Counted from the first letter of the stretch, positions 1 through 13,030 are shown. The stretch: DNA of 64,000 bases from Felis catus (GCF_018350175.1 NC_058368.1:77936001-78000000), one strand, 5' to 3'. Made by a program: numbers and translations. The notes: a model not told the origin generated them from the letters alone.

Positions 1-723
1 AAATTAGTCATACAATTGGCCAATGTCCTTTGCTTGCAAATAAGAACTCTGACTGATATTGTGTTTTCTATTTGCTCTAATTCTTCGGCTTTGGGATTTC
101 TATCTAGACCAGGATGATACACAATATCCCCTGATTTGGAAATGCATGTTATTCTAATACAAGAATTTTAATCTCCCTCAAATGCTTTGTATGGGTAGGT
201 GTGCTTTCTGGATGGTGGCAACGAAAGGATGAATGAAGTCAATTTGCTGCCATCTAGAAAATGCTCGTATCAATGTTTTATATCAAGATAATGATGGGTA
301 CCTATGAGAGCCATGATAAAATTTGCTTCCGGGGAGTAGTCTACCCTTGGGTAAAAATATATTGCTTTCATTTTTTTTCCATTACATCAGGAATCAGTGT
401 AATCTTGTTGTGGAAAAAGAGCAATTTTTATTTGAGCCTATAACTACCCCTTAACATTGTCTTCCTTTTCGGTTGAAAGTCTATTTTATGGATACTCTCC
501 AGTTACTTTTACCTGATCTCCCAAAACAGCCTCCCCCTTAACACACGTGCAGTTGAGGAAGGGTGCTGGCAATAGGAGACACATATGAGCTGTGGAAGCC
601 AGGGAATGACAGCTAAGTCACAGTCCTCATCCTCAAGAATCTTACAGTACAATCTTAAGGGTAAGATTAGTATTAAACAATAGAAATTAAAAAAAAAAGA
701 AAGAAAGAAAAAAAGCTTTCACT

Positions 724-922
724 GGCACCTGGGTGGCTCAGTCGGTTAAGTGCCCGACTTTTGATTTCAGCTCAGGTCATGATCTCACGGTTAGTGGGAC
801 CGAGCCCCACATCGGGCTCTGCACTGCCCCAACAGAGCCTGCTTGGGATTCTCTCTCTTCCTCTCTCTTTGCCCCTCCCCCTCTAGCTCTGTCTCTCTCA
901 AAATAAATAAACATTAAAATAA
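724..922 (+). mobile_element. CanSINE (tRNA-derived)
   Basis: cctgggtggctcagtcggttaag head, (CT)n, AATAAA tail, aaaaagctt TSD. Confidence 0.95.
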
Positions 923-2555
923 AAAAAAGCTTCCGTTATCTTAAGAGACATATGTCAAGGATCACTGTGATTTAACGACAGAATTCGTTTCTTTTGGAGG
1001 CTCAGAGAAAGAATCATGAAGAATATGACTCTAGACAAAGAGTCTGATTAGAATTTGATATTGTTGGCACAATTTCAACCCACAAACATAACCCAAGAAC
1101 TCCACCACCAGCCAATTATTTGATAACCCTTTTCTTCCCCGTTGTACAAGTTTCCATTTTAAAAATACAACGTATTTATGAATAATTAACACATTTATAT
1201 ATATCAGAGGTAGATAACAAGCAGAGCTTTGGGGGCAACATGAAAATAAACCATGTACAAAAAAAAAAAAAAAACAAAGAATAACAACAAGAATACCATC
1301 CATGATACTTTAAAAAGAAAAATGGCTAAACCAAAGCTCAAAAAGCCCTGTTAACACTTGAGATTATCTGTTCCAGCTTTACTGAAAGAAAGGTCTCTCA
1401 TTTGTTTTATGGAATATTAAAAATAAAGCAATGTAGAGTCTACAAATACCACTTCCAGGAACTCAGTTTCACTTATATTTGGACTAGGATGTGAACAAAA
1501 TTCTATCAAGACATACACTTGTGTATATTACAATATAAAACAAGTTGGCATGAGTGATGTTTATATGGCAGGAGAAATGAGGCATGGGAATCCATTCGTG
1601 TGTGTCCAGCACTGTCCCAGGAGCTGGGCAGAATTTCTGGTGAATTCCAGTGAAGCATGCTCTGCCGTGTGAATGGGGATAATTCATCACGTTCTCTCAG
1701 GCGTCTAGATCAAAGGACTCTGAAAGGCTTCAACTCTGTGTGTTAAACAAACAACCGTCTGTCCAAAGTGTGCCTCACAAGGTAACTTATTCTGGAAAGG
1801 AGATAACCTAGATGGCAAAGGTATCACTGAGAAAACTTCTCCTCTCATGTAGAACCTTTTGGAAAACTCTGGGTTATCCATTAGTCCCTTGTGAGGTTGG
1901 TTTCTGTTGGTCAGCAACTGCAATTTGGTCAAAAGCCTTAGCCTGGGCGTGGGTTATAGAAACTCTTCTATACCATTTGGCATTTTAAGAAGCTCAGGCT
2001 AAACATTCAACAACACCTTCTCTACACCACTGGAAATAATTACAGCATATGACAATCCCAACTGGGCATTGGCGGCATACCAGAGCACACTGCAACACGT
2101 TCAAGGTCCATCCCATGATGCCCAGCCCCAAATATAGAGCATTGCTAGTAAGTTCTCACCACGCCTCAGATATGATGAAAACGACTCAGTAAATAAAAGG
2201 GCCTGTACCCACATCACGGGTGTAACACTAATGTCCATACTGGACGTCCATACTGGTAATTACTTATGGAAGAGTTGGCAACCGTTGCTGATGAGATAAC
2301 AAATAAAAATTCAAACCCCCCAGATTGACTCTCTCTTGGAAAGAGATTCTCATCTTATTATCGTCGCCAAAATCTGATCATCCTTATCTTTCTACTGCAG
2401 TCACCATTGCTACCATCACCACCCACAGTCATCATCCCTTAGTGTGTAGACTGAACCCAAGAGAGGAATTTTCAAACCCCAGAAAGAATCCCCAGGGGAT
2501 CAAAAGCTGTAAATTAAGGCTACCTTTCAATGAGTTATTTAAAAAGATATTTGCT

Positions 2556-2783
2556 GGGGCGCCTGGGTGGCTCAGTCGGTTAAGCGTCCGACTTCAGCTC
2601 AGGTTACGATATCGCGGTCCGTGAGTTCGAGCCCCGCGTCGGGCTCTGGGCTGACAGCTCAGAGCCTGGAGCCTGCTTCCGATTCTGTGTCTCCCTCTCT
2701 CTCTGCCCCTCCCCCATTCATGCTCTGTCTCTCTCTGTCCCCAAAATAAATAAACGTTAAAAAAATTTTTTTAAATAAAAAAA
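2556..2783 (+). mobile_element. Feline CanSINE (young, SINEC_Fc-like)
   Basis: Near-consensus body; 16-bp TSD taaaaagatatttgct at 2540-2555 and 2784-2799. Confidence 0.97.
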
Positions 2784-2851
2784 TAAAAAGATATTTGCTG
2801 AATCTCTCAAGCAGTGAAAAATTATGGTTTACCCTCAAAGGAACTTCAGGG

Positions 2852-3060
2852 CACTCCTGTCCAACACAACTTTCTAAAAAAATGGAAATGTTCTATATTT
2901 GCACTGTCCAGTATGGAAGCCACTACCCACATGTGGCATCTGAGCACTTGAAATGTGGCTAGTGCAAGTGAGAAAATGAATTTTTAATTTAACTTAACTT
3001 AATTCTAATCCATTTAAATAGATGAACGTGGCTAATGGCTGCTGCAGGGGACGATGCTGG
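2852..3060. mobile_element. MER3-like hAT-Charlie MITE
   Basis: ctgtccaa...aactttct...ggaaatgttctatat...ccacatgtggc...gagcacttgaaatgtggctagtg...gtggctaatggct. Confidence 0.85.
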
Positions 3061-3505
3061 TTTAGTGGACAATGGTCACAAAATATTTCTCGTTTTATTA
3101 TATTCTACTCTTTCAACATTTGCTCTGTAGGAAATAAACAATATGGTTATTTTATAAATTTCTTTTTCAGGATGAAACAATCAAAATGTTACTACCAGAA
3201 AATGAACAAATAGTGAGTATTACCATTAATTATATATACATACATATACATATAGAGAGAGAGAAAGAGGGAGGAAGAGGGACATTTATAAATGTCTATG
3301 ATATCTTCACTATTAATTTGATGTCTGTTCCTGTGATGATAACTTCCTTGGGGCTCGATAATTTGGTCAAATATGAACGCACAGGCATCCAATAGAAAGG
3401 AGGTAGGTAAGATATCACTTATCCCAAGACGCTCTGTAGATAAAGCCTATGCTTGATGCTTTTGATATAAAGTTAAACTTCATGGCATTAAGATGGTTCT
3501 ATACA

Positions 3506-3719
3506 GGGGCGCTTGGGTGGCTCAATCAGTTGGGCAACCAACTTCGGCTCAGGTCACGATCTCGCGGTCCGTGAGTTTCAGCCCTGCATCGGGCTCTGTG
3601 CTGACAGTTCGGAGCGTGGAGCCTTGCTTCAGATTCTGTGTGTGTCTCTCTCTGCCCCTCCCCTGCTCATGCTCTGTCTCTCTCTGTCTCAAAAATAAAC
3701 TTTAAAAAAAATTTTTAAA
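3506..3719 (+). mobile_element. Feline CanSINE
   Basis: 16-bp TSD aagatggttctataca at 3490-3505 and 3720-3735. Confidence 0.97.
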
Positions 3720-4467
3720 AAGATGGTTCTATACAAATCAGCATGGATACTTCCCTCTGGCATCTACCTTACAGGGGATAGCAGTATACAAAAAAGCTTT
3801 TCCTAGTTTTTATATCTCTGTGGGTCTTATTTGCTTGGGAATGGTTGAATCTATTATTTTATTAAAATTATTATATGAGATTATTTTATGCAAAACCACT
3901 GGAAATGGTAATTACTTATTCAATGTTTCCTTAATCTTCTAAAGAATGTGATTCCTCCTTCCGAAATGCTCAGTAATTTGCCACTCACAGACGGATGTTA
4001 CAGTAGTTTCATACATTTATCTTATTACCCAACTACATTGTAAGCAACTTGAGAGAAGAGGCTGTATCTTGCACATCGTTGTGTTACCTGCATGGACTAC
4101 ATGAGTGCCCTTTCTTTGTAGATATGCCAGAAAGGTCTATGGCGTTGAAGAATGTTTTATACTATACCACACTCATAATTCTTCTTCTATAGCGTTCCTT
4201 ATCCTTCAACCTAGTGGGAATATACACATTGACAAAGGAAAAAGCAGTCAGTTGTATAAGTACCAGGGAAAATATCCATCAATATGCTGTCACGTGCTTC
4301 TTTACCGTCTTGGGGGTATCTATGTTCCATGAGAGTTTGTATGGTGGCTTTTGTAACGAGAAGAAACGCCTTATTACTCCACAACAAAACCTCAGGGTGT
4401 TCAGCAGGAATTTCAAATAGCATTCTCAGGAGCACATCTAAATACAACTTCCTTAAGAAACAGACAA

Positions 4468-4680
4468 GGAGGTGCCTGGGTGGTTCAGTAGGTTCAGCAT
4501 CGGACACTTGATTTTGGCTCAGGTCATGATCTCCCTGTTTGTGGTATCAAGCCCCACAATGGGCTCTGTGCTGACAACACGGAGCCTGCTTGGGATTCGC
4601 TCTCTCTCCCTCTCTCTCTCTGCCCCTCCCCCAGATCACTTTCTTTCTCTGTCTCAAAATAAATAAACAACATTAAAATA
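4468..4680 (+). mobile_element. CanSINE (older copy)
   Basis: SINE head, body and tail; a second SINE sits in its tail. Confidence 0.93.
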
Positions 4681-4690
4681 GAAAGAAAGA

Positions 4691-4900
4691 GGGGAGCCTA
4701 TGTGGCTCAGTAGGTTCAGCGTCAGACTTCAGCTCAGGTCACGATCTCACGGTCCGTGAGTTCGAGCCCCGCGTCGGGCTCTGGGCTGACGGCTCAGAGC
4801 CTGGAGCCTGCTTCCGATTCTGTGTCTCCCTCTCTCTCTGCCCCTCCCCCATTCATGCTCTGTCTCTCTGTCTCAAAAATAAACTTAAAAAAAAAAAAAA
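4691..4900 (+). mobile_element. Feline CanSINE inserted in the tail of the previous SINE
   Basis: Young body; agaaagaaaga present on both sides. Confidence 0.95.
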
Positions 4901-6559
4901 GAAAGAAAGAAACAGGGAGACAGGCCAAGAAAGCATGTTTTTACTATAACTTTAGATCTTTTTTTTTTTCCTCCAGTTAATAGGGAATATGTGCTTGGCA
5001 ATAGTTGAATATAGCTAATGAAAACAATACTTCAGGTCTGCTGCCTGAAATAACAATGTATTGATATGAAAAATGCTAGTTTATTTTCAGAGAAGAGAAA
5101 CGGGTTTTTATATGGACTACCTAAAATCACACGCACAAAATGCCTGGTCTCAAGAGACAAGTAAGGCCCTAATTACATCAATCCCTTCCATACCAAAAAA
5201 GACGCCCTTTGAATTTTTACCTTAATTAAGTTACCTTAATGCATACATACCTCAATTAAATTATCTTTTAATCCTATAATACGCACACATGCTATAAATT
5301 GTGACTTGATTTGATAATAAGGATCTTAATAAAAATGGTCCAAATGGAGCATGACTCCCTTAAACTCAGACGTTAACATTTGGATTTGGAGGCTTTTCGC
5401 TGCCTCTATTTTATCTTTTTCTGTTCTCCCCTGGAAGAGGTATTAACACACAGTGACATTCCCAAACAGGATTCAAAAGCCAGAAGGAACTCCAAACAAA
5501 CACACAGATGGTACTAACACAATAAAAAAGAGGTGAGGGCAATGCATAGCCTAAAACACGTGAGATGTGAGCCATGAACGCAAACGAAAGTTCTGACATC
5601 CTGAATCAAGCTGAGATCCAGGATGATGCACGGAGGCCTTGAGAGCCATAGAAATGAATTCTGAAGGTTCTTTTTCAAGATTTGATTAACAAGTAGGGGA
5701 GACAGCACGGAGAGTGCAGATGTAGGAGAGCAGGAACGTAAAATACAGAGCACCCCCTCCCCGCCCCAGCTTCGTTTCGGGGAGAATGAGTCTTGCCAGA
5801 TGGTGGGCTGCTATACTTATAATTTTACTGTGGCATGTGCTAGGAGGAAAAAAAAAAAAATGAAAGCACTGAAAATGTCACGCAGTGTGAAAGGCTTGTA
5901 TGAAAAGGTACAGAGCTGTCTTTCAGCAGACAGTCTACAAAAGCTTTTCAAACTGTTGCCTCCTAACAGCTGCAGTGGTTTGATTCCTTCAATTCGAAAG
6001 GCTCTCTCTTGGATGCTATCAAAGACGGAAGCTGGCTGACTTGCTAACCCGCCCACCAAACAGGCCCAGAGTCTTGAGGTCTACCCAGGCTCCGTGTCCA
6101 CGTGGACGTGGACCGCGTCCAGCCCGGTAACCAGGCGCGGAGCTGGAAACCCCGGTCCTCTGCTTCCGAGCAGCCATTGAGAGCTGTGTCCCCGTGGCCG
6201 CAGGGACACCATCCTGACCCAAACCTGCCGGTCACGCCGCGGCCACGTAAGGGAGAGCCACTGCAAGGCAGCATCCAATGTTCCCTAGAAATGGCACCCT
6301 TAAAGGTATTTTCTAATTTAATTATGTTCTTCTGATTGGGCCTGTTCCTTCGGAAAGCAGGACATTTCAAATATTGATTATGCTTTGGGGGAAATTAAAG
6401 CAAACTAATGGTTTTACCCTCCCCGGGTAAAATATAACTGGTCATTGCTCCTTTCTTAATTCATCACGTACTAGTTCCCTTCACTATTCTCTTTTAAGGA
6501 CTCTGCTTTTTTTTTTTTTTTTCTATTGAATTTAATGATACAGTCTTACAATGACAAGG

Positions 6560-6780
6560 GTGCTGTTTATTGCTTGTGGACTGCAGGGTGGGCGCTGGGC
6601 CACGTGCCTCAGTGAATGACCCTGTATAATCCCTACAATGGGGCTGTATGGTGGACGCTTATCATCTACATTGTACAGATGAGACCACCGAAGACTCCAG
6701 AAAAGAAATATGTCATCTGAGGTCACACCTCCGATTAGAGAGGGGGTTGTGTAAACTGGGGTGCGCTGTCACAGCCTTAG
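6560..6780 (-). mobile_element. MIR SINE
   Basis: cattgtacagatgagaccaccgaagactc...tgaggtcacac is an antisense MIR core. Confidence 0.65.
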
Positions 6781-7132
6781 CTCCATATGTCACTTAGCGC
6801 CATATGTCACTCACCTTAAGGAGAAGGTGAGTGACAGCCTTTCCTGCATGGTCAGAAAAAGGATCACTGACACTGAATAAAGAAAAGTGATTGCATCGTG
6901 GGCCGTATTCTGCAGAGACTAAAGGAGAGGAGTGTTTTTAAACAATTAAGAGAAAAGAATAAAAATCAAGCTGCAGAGAGAAACAGAAAAGGACACAGGA
7001 AAAATCTCATCTGTGGAGTCAGAAGCTTCCCTAACTTACTTCAGCGTTTACAGCCAGTGGGGCCTTCACTCTACAGACTTCAGTTGACTTCACAATATAA
7101 CAAAATAATCACCAAAGCCTCTTGCAGCTTTT

Positions 7133-7349
7133 TCTTAAGTTCTTTTTTAATGTTTATTTATTTTTGAGACAGAGAGAGACAGAGCATGAGCGGGGGAGGG
7201 GCAGAGAGAGAGGGAGACAGAACCCGAAGCAGGCTCCAGGCTCTGAGCTGTCAGCAAAGAGCCCGACACGGGGCTTGAACCCACAGACCGCGAGATCATG
7301 ACCTGAGCCGAAGTCAGACACTCAACAGACTGAGCCACCCAGGCACCCC
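7133..7349 (-). mobile_element. Feline CanSINE
   Basis: TSD aagcctcttgcagctttt on both sides. Confidence 0.97.
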
Positions 7350-8239
7350 AAGCCTCTTGCAGCTTTTAACTCTATGACTACAGATTTTAACGTAAGGATT
7401 CCATTCTGTAGCCAACGTTCCATCCATCACTGATCATGACATAGGATGATGACTACATTTGTGAAAAGCTTCGAATCCATAAGAAGACCCAAAGTTGTCC
7501 CTCAGGACCTTCGGGCTGGCCCCTTCCCCAGCTTCCAAGCACCCACAGGCAGACACCCTGAAAGTGACCTAAGTTATTCCTTCCACACCCAGGTGGGCAC
7601 CTCCCTAACCAGATCAGAACATGTATCTCTTTTGTATATCCGTGTCCTGCTTTGATATTCCAAGTTCACCTCCTCTGAGTTTGCTGCAGATGTGTCTGTA
7701 TCAATATAGTTCCTACTTTAAATTCCAAGAATCCAGGGATGAGGTCCATGGCAACATTCTGCACTTAAAGTTTTGTGTCTGAAATACTTTCACGTTATGA
7801 AATGTCTCAAAAATTAACCGACTTCTTCAATAAAGGGTACTTTTATTCCAAAGGTGTCTACTGATAATATGTTACCATCCACAGCAATATAAAAGACAGA
7901 AAGTGAGAGTGTTTGGGAACCGGTTTATAACAAGTTGATAATGCACGCCAATCTCTGTGTATGATCAGAGGAGTCACCTTATTGAACAGGGTATCATGCA
8001 CTTGGAGGGTTTTGGGGACTCAGTGATGAGCTGCCTGCGGCATGGGCTCTGTACAGTCACATGCAGGAGACCATCACTTGGTTATGATGCCAAGGAAAAA
8101 GTGAGCCCTTGATCGCACAGATTTTGTAAAGCACCACCCCATAGCACACATGTCTGCCACAGAAGCCTCTGCAGTGTCACTTTGCTTACTCTGTGGTTGG
8201 CCACAGCTGGCTGGATTAGCAGGGGGTGTCTTTGAAGGT

Positions 8240-8467
8240 TTGTTTTTTTTTGTTTTTTTTTTTTTAAGTTCATTTATTTTGAGAGAGAGAGAGAAAGAGA
8301 GAGCAGGGGAGGGGCAGAGAGAAAGAGAGGCAGAGAGAGAATCCCAAGCAGGCTCTGCACGGTCAGCACAGAGCCAGATGCAGGGTTCAATCCCACGAAT
8401 GAGAGATCATGACCTGAGCTGAAACCAAGCGTCAGACGCTGAAACATCTGAGCCCCCCAGGCACCCC
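8240..8467 (-). mobile_element. CanSINE
   Basis: Antisense body; ctttgaag TSD core. Confidence 0.95.
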
Positions 8468-9939
8468 GACCTTTGAAGTTTTTCAATGAAGACAAACGTC
8501 CAAAATATTGGGATGCCAGACTTCCTGCAAAAGGACAGAAGTACTTCCTGTAATTAGGAAGATCTCACCAATGAAAAGGAAATAAATGCACATAAAGGAT
8601 ACAGCATCTATGCAATTTGGTACATGCCAGTCATTCTTTCTGACTCTGCTCCACCAAAGTTTGCCAAGTTCAACGCAATGGAACATGGCTAACTTGGGGA
8701 AGCTAAAAGATGGATGTTAGCTCTAGAAATCAGGGTGTCCATCTCAGACAGTAATTCAAACGCATTTATGTCACCCTTCACGACAACATTCACATCCCAG
8801 TTCACCCTTATCAATGCTTCCATCAAGCTCATTCAAGACGTCTGAAAGGCTTCAGACTCATTTGCACTTCTTAGCGGGAGTTATTACCAAGGAAGAGAGA
8901 GTGCTGAAAGGTTCAAGATTCATCAGAGTCTGTGCACTTGGAAAAGAGAACTTTCAATCGCACCAGAACAGTGCTCCGTGATTTCAGCCAGGTGTGAGAC
9001 CCAGCAGGGAAAGAGTCAGCGTGTTACACGTCACTGCACACCTTCCTCCTCCATCCTCGCAGCCGAGGGGGCATCGCCAGCGTTCCAGGTGAAGGGCAGG
9101 AGAGGACAGCTTCGGTACTTCTCCCTCCCGATCTACTCTCGGTCCATCCGGGGTCACGGCGTGATGAGGGAGAGAAACTCTGCACTGAAGTTACAGACGA
9201 GCGGTTTGGGTAATTCGTCTTCGCTCCCGTGCGGGCTGCTGGCACATTCTGAAATCTTCACAGGACATTATGCTGAAAATACCTCCTTCCCCAAAGTGGA
9301 TACCACAGTGGCAGGCTGGCTGGAGACAGGAGATGCGAGCATATTTCAACACAGACTTGCTTTCAGATGAAATTTCTGGAAGGGCCTGGTTCCACAGGGC
9401 CACACATGGGGCCTGGCCGGAGGGTCTGGTGAGGGCTGCGTTTGGAAGGAAGGGTTCACACTCCATACCACGACTGGCAGCAGTGAGCAGAAGGCTGGTG
9501 TTGTGAAGAGGAACTCATTTTTACACCTTTTTGATTGTTTTAATGGCAGAGAGCCTTTCCGGGAAGGTAAGGGGGGCAGGGCCACTTGATGAAAATGTTG
9601 AACTGGAGAGAGAATCAAACTCACCGCATATCAGGGTCTGGAGGGAGTTTAAAGAGTCCCTGCTCCACCGGTGCATCCGTACTGGAGGGTACGGCCATGC
9701 CCACAGTGTCCTCCTGCCTCCCCAACGTCACCCACAACTCTCCACGTCCCCACACCCTCTCTTCGAGCTCGGTTCTGTCTTTCCTGTACCTTCTGCACAT
9801 GAGTTCTTGTCCATCCACTGGGACCAAACATCAAACATGGGCAAATTCCTTCTTCTGACAACCACAGAGATACTGAGGCAGTCACCATCCTCCCCAAAGT
9901 GCAACCAATATTCTTAATCTGCAAAACTCCCCCATGAGT

Positions 9940-10005
9940 GACACCCTGACCAGCAGTATAAGCATCACCTTGGAAGTTACTAGAAATGCGGAAGCTCAGG
10001 TCTTA
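9940..10005. mobile_element. MER5A-like fragment
   Basis: gaccagcagtataagcatcaccttggaagttactagaaatgc...ctcagg. Confidence 0.6.
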
Positions 10006-10765
10006 TTATAAGTAACTGGGCTAGAAAATTCTTGAAGGGGAGGAGAGGAGCAACAGGGGAAGCGGAAGTGTCAGATCGGGAGGGAACAGACAGTATGGGG
10101 GTTAGCTGGGGGGTGCTGAGTAAGAAGCTTGCTCCAGGACCCAGGGCACGGCCAGCACTTATGAGCAGCAAGGGGCGGAAAGGGTGGCTGCATCCAGACA
10201 GCAAAGGGCTGATTCTCAGAAATGAAACCAGGGTCTATCTTCTGCCCTTACCATCTTGTAGACTGCGAAGTCGGGAAGGGATGGCATGATTTCCTCCATC
10301 CGTCCACCCGAGTCCCTAGTCACGACTGTGCGTTCAAATTAAATGAGGTAAGTTACACAGAGGGCCCGGCCCCCAGCGGACACCAGGAAAGGATATTATC
10401 CTAATCACCTTTCAGGTTACCAAGTCTGCTGTCTACACCTATGTCCTCATATCTAAGCTCCGCAACTACTGAGATCTGGCAAATGTCTGCAGACGTTACC
10501 GAGAACCTCTTGGTTTACAAATTCACAGAGTTCCTCGAAGTGTCTCTCGTTTAATTGCACTTGTATCTCTGAGAGCATTTGTATCTCTGTGAGATGTCCA
10601 ACAGGGCTGGTCCTGTCTGCCCAGGGCTCCCACGACTGCCCCTGGACACGACGTCTAGATCTCTTTCTTCCTTCTCCCTGAGGGGAGGCATGCATCGTTC
10701 TTCCCTCTACAAGCACCCTCTTTTTTGGTAACATGGTCATGCTTTCCACGTGGGTTATGCCTTTT

Positions 10766-10972
10766 GTAAAAAAATTTTTAAATGTTTTTATTTATTTTTG
10801 AGATAGAGAGAGGCAGGGGAGGGGCAGAGAGAGAGGGAGACACAGAATCCGAAGCAGGCTCCAGGCTCTGAGCTGTCAGCACAGCCCGACGCGGGGCTAG
10901 AACTCACGGACTGTGAGATCATGCCCTGAGCTGAAGTCGGAAGCCCAGCCGACTGAACCACCCAGGTGCCCC
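10766..10972 (-). mobile_element. Feline CanSINE
   Basis: TSD tggg(t/c)tatgcctttt at 10751-10765 and 10973-10987. Confidence 0.97.
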
Positions 10973-11001
10973 TGGGCTATGCCTTTTTAAAGAAATTTCC
11001 A

Positions 11002-11243
11002 GGGGCGCCTGGGTGGCTCAGTGCGTTGAGCGTCCGACTTCAGCTCAGGGCATGATCTCACAGTTCGTGAGTTCGAGCCCCTCATCGGGCTCTGTGCTGA
11101 CAGCTCAGAGCCTGGAGCCTCCTTCCGATTCTGTGTCTCCCTCTCTCTCTGTCCCTCCCCCGCTCATGCTCGCTCTCTCTCTCTGTCTCTCACATGCATG
11201 CTGTCTCTCTCTCTCAAAATAAAATAGATAAACCTTAAAAAAA
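11002..11243 (+). mobile_element. Feline CanSINE
   Basis: TSD aaaga(a/c)atttcca at 10989-11001 and 11244-11256. Confidence 0.97.
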
Positions 11244-11349
11244 AAAGACATTTCCAAAGTGTATTTATCCTATTCCGATCTTTCTCTCAGCCCCAGATCC
11301 ACACTTCTACCTGCCCACTCGCCATCAGTTTTAGATGCTTCAGCAACAC

Positions 11350-12003
11350 AAACTAACATAACCCCAGTCCAGCGCCTGAACCCCTCTCACCTCCAACCAC
11401 ACTCCCCTCTTTCCACAGTCCGCTGCTGGTGATGGTCATTTGCAGGGATCCAGCCTTGAAAGCCCGCTGTCATACCTATACTCTTTTTCCTCCTTTCCCA
11501 ACGCATAGTCTGGTGCTCCTGCCCGTCTCGGCCCTTCATGGCCTCTAACCCAAACTCCAATAAAAGGGCTCTCCATGGGCACGATCCTGGGCTCCCCCAC
11601 CCAAATCCATCGCAAATATGGCTGCACGACTGATTTCTCTGAATACAGCAGCACACAGGGCAGCATTATGCTGCTCTCTTGCTTCCCCCCAGCGATCGCT
11701 ATGTCCTCCCTCCCTCTGCTCCTGTCTCTCTCCTTCTTTGGAACGCCCACCCCTTCCCCACCCCCAAATCACTCCACCTTGGTCATCTGTCACCACCTCC
11801 GTGGAGTATCTCTTGCTCCCCTCCAAACAGACACGATTTTTATCCCGTGGCACTCTGGTCTGCCACTCTTGAAACCTGTACGTGGCTTCTGTGCATCATC
11901 ACATCCCCTCGAAGACAATCATAGGCTCTGCCCAATTTCGTCACAGCCGTACCTCCAAGTATCACACCTGAGCACGAAGTTCAGTAATGCCTGTTGAACT
12001 GAA
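11350..12003 (+). mobile_element. L2 LINE remnant
   Basis: Pyrimidine-rich L2-like motifs, ending in an L2 tail (ttcagtaatgcctgttgaactgaat). Confidence 0.55.
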
Positions 12004-12974
12004 TTTTTAAGTTCTGCATTTGACCACCAGAGAGACCACAGGAGCAAATTAGCCAAATCAAATGACAGAACTTGGCTGGGGACACAGACAGAGTTTGTTA
12101 CTTCCCCAGCAGTACCCATCTGTCTGCACCGCAGTTCTAATCCGTGTCTTTTAATGACTGATCACTTTGGAGCAAAATCCTGCTGGGCTGGGGGTAGTGG
12201 TTCCTCCCACCTTCCGGGTAAACACAGGTTGAAACACATCTGTCTACACCAAAGGTTGCGCGCATGCTTTTGCCTTCCATACTGAGAGGAATAACCCAGC
12301 ACAATTCCACTTGTGCTGTCTGATCTGAACTGAGCCCTGAGATGACAGGAGACATTATTTTCTAAATCCATTTGTATCCACGTGAACGTTAGTGCTGCTT
12401 GTGGGCATTTCATCCTGTACGTAATGTGAATGCCCCCCTGGGATTTGAGAATTGCATTATTTACTCTGAAGCAGGTTAGCTTCAGTTTGATGCTGGATCT
12501 CGACGCATATAAAAGAATGTATAATAAAGTGACCACAACTTTCACTTCTGGAAGAGATAACCAAGGGCAGGACTGTGAATGCTCTGGGTAACGCCCACCA
12601 AATTGTATGAAATAAAGTTAATACGTGAAAACGATGTTGATTCTCAGGGGATCCCACAGAAGGTGGCTTTTTGGGGGCCGCTTGTTTCTGCTTGCCCTCT
12701 CCACAGTGAGCTGGTCCCTCGTCCTCCTCCCCTGGCACCCGGGACTCAGGACCAGGAAAATCCCGTCCTCCCCAGTCCTGCACAGAGCCCTGCCGGGCCT
12801 GCGGGAGCCCCGTGAAAACACAAATCATGCACATCGAGAGAAGTAAGGGGTGCAGGCAGCCCGAGTCCACACAGACATCCTCATTTTCAGTGAGAGGCTA
12901 CATTTCAAATACATCCGGCTTAATATTTCAAGTTTCATGTGCTCCTGAAAAAAAATATGCAGAATGCAGCTTTC

Positions 12975-12993
12975 TAGTGTGGTACCAATGTGA

Positions 12994-13030
<37 letters not shown>

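Noticed and set aside
7441..7565. ATGATGA...CTGA, a C/D-box snoRNA-like spacing
   Set aside because: No terminal stem and no recognisable guide sequence.
8689..8832. 47-aa minus-strand ORF containing VVVKGDIN, reminiscent of the LINE endonuclease GDFN motif
   Set aside because: A single short motif; no other endonuclease motifs seen.
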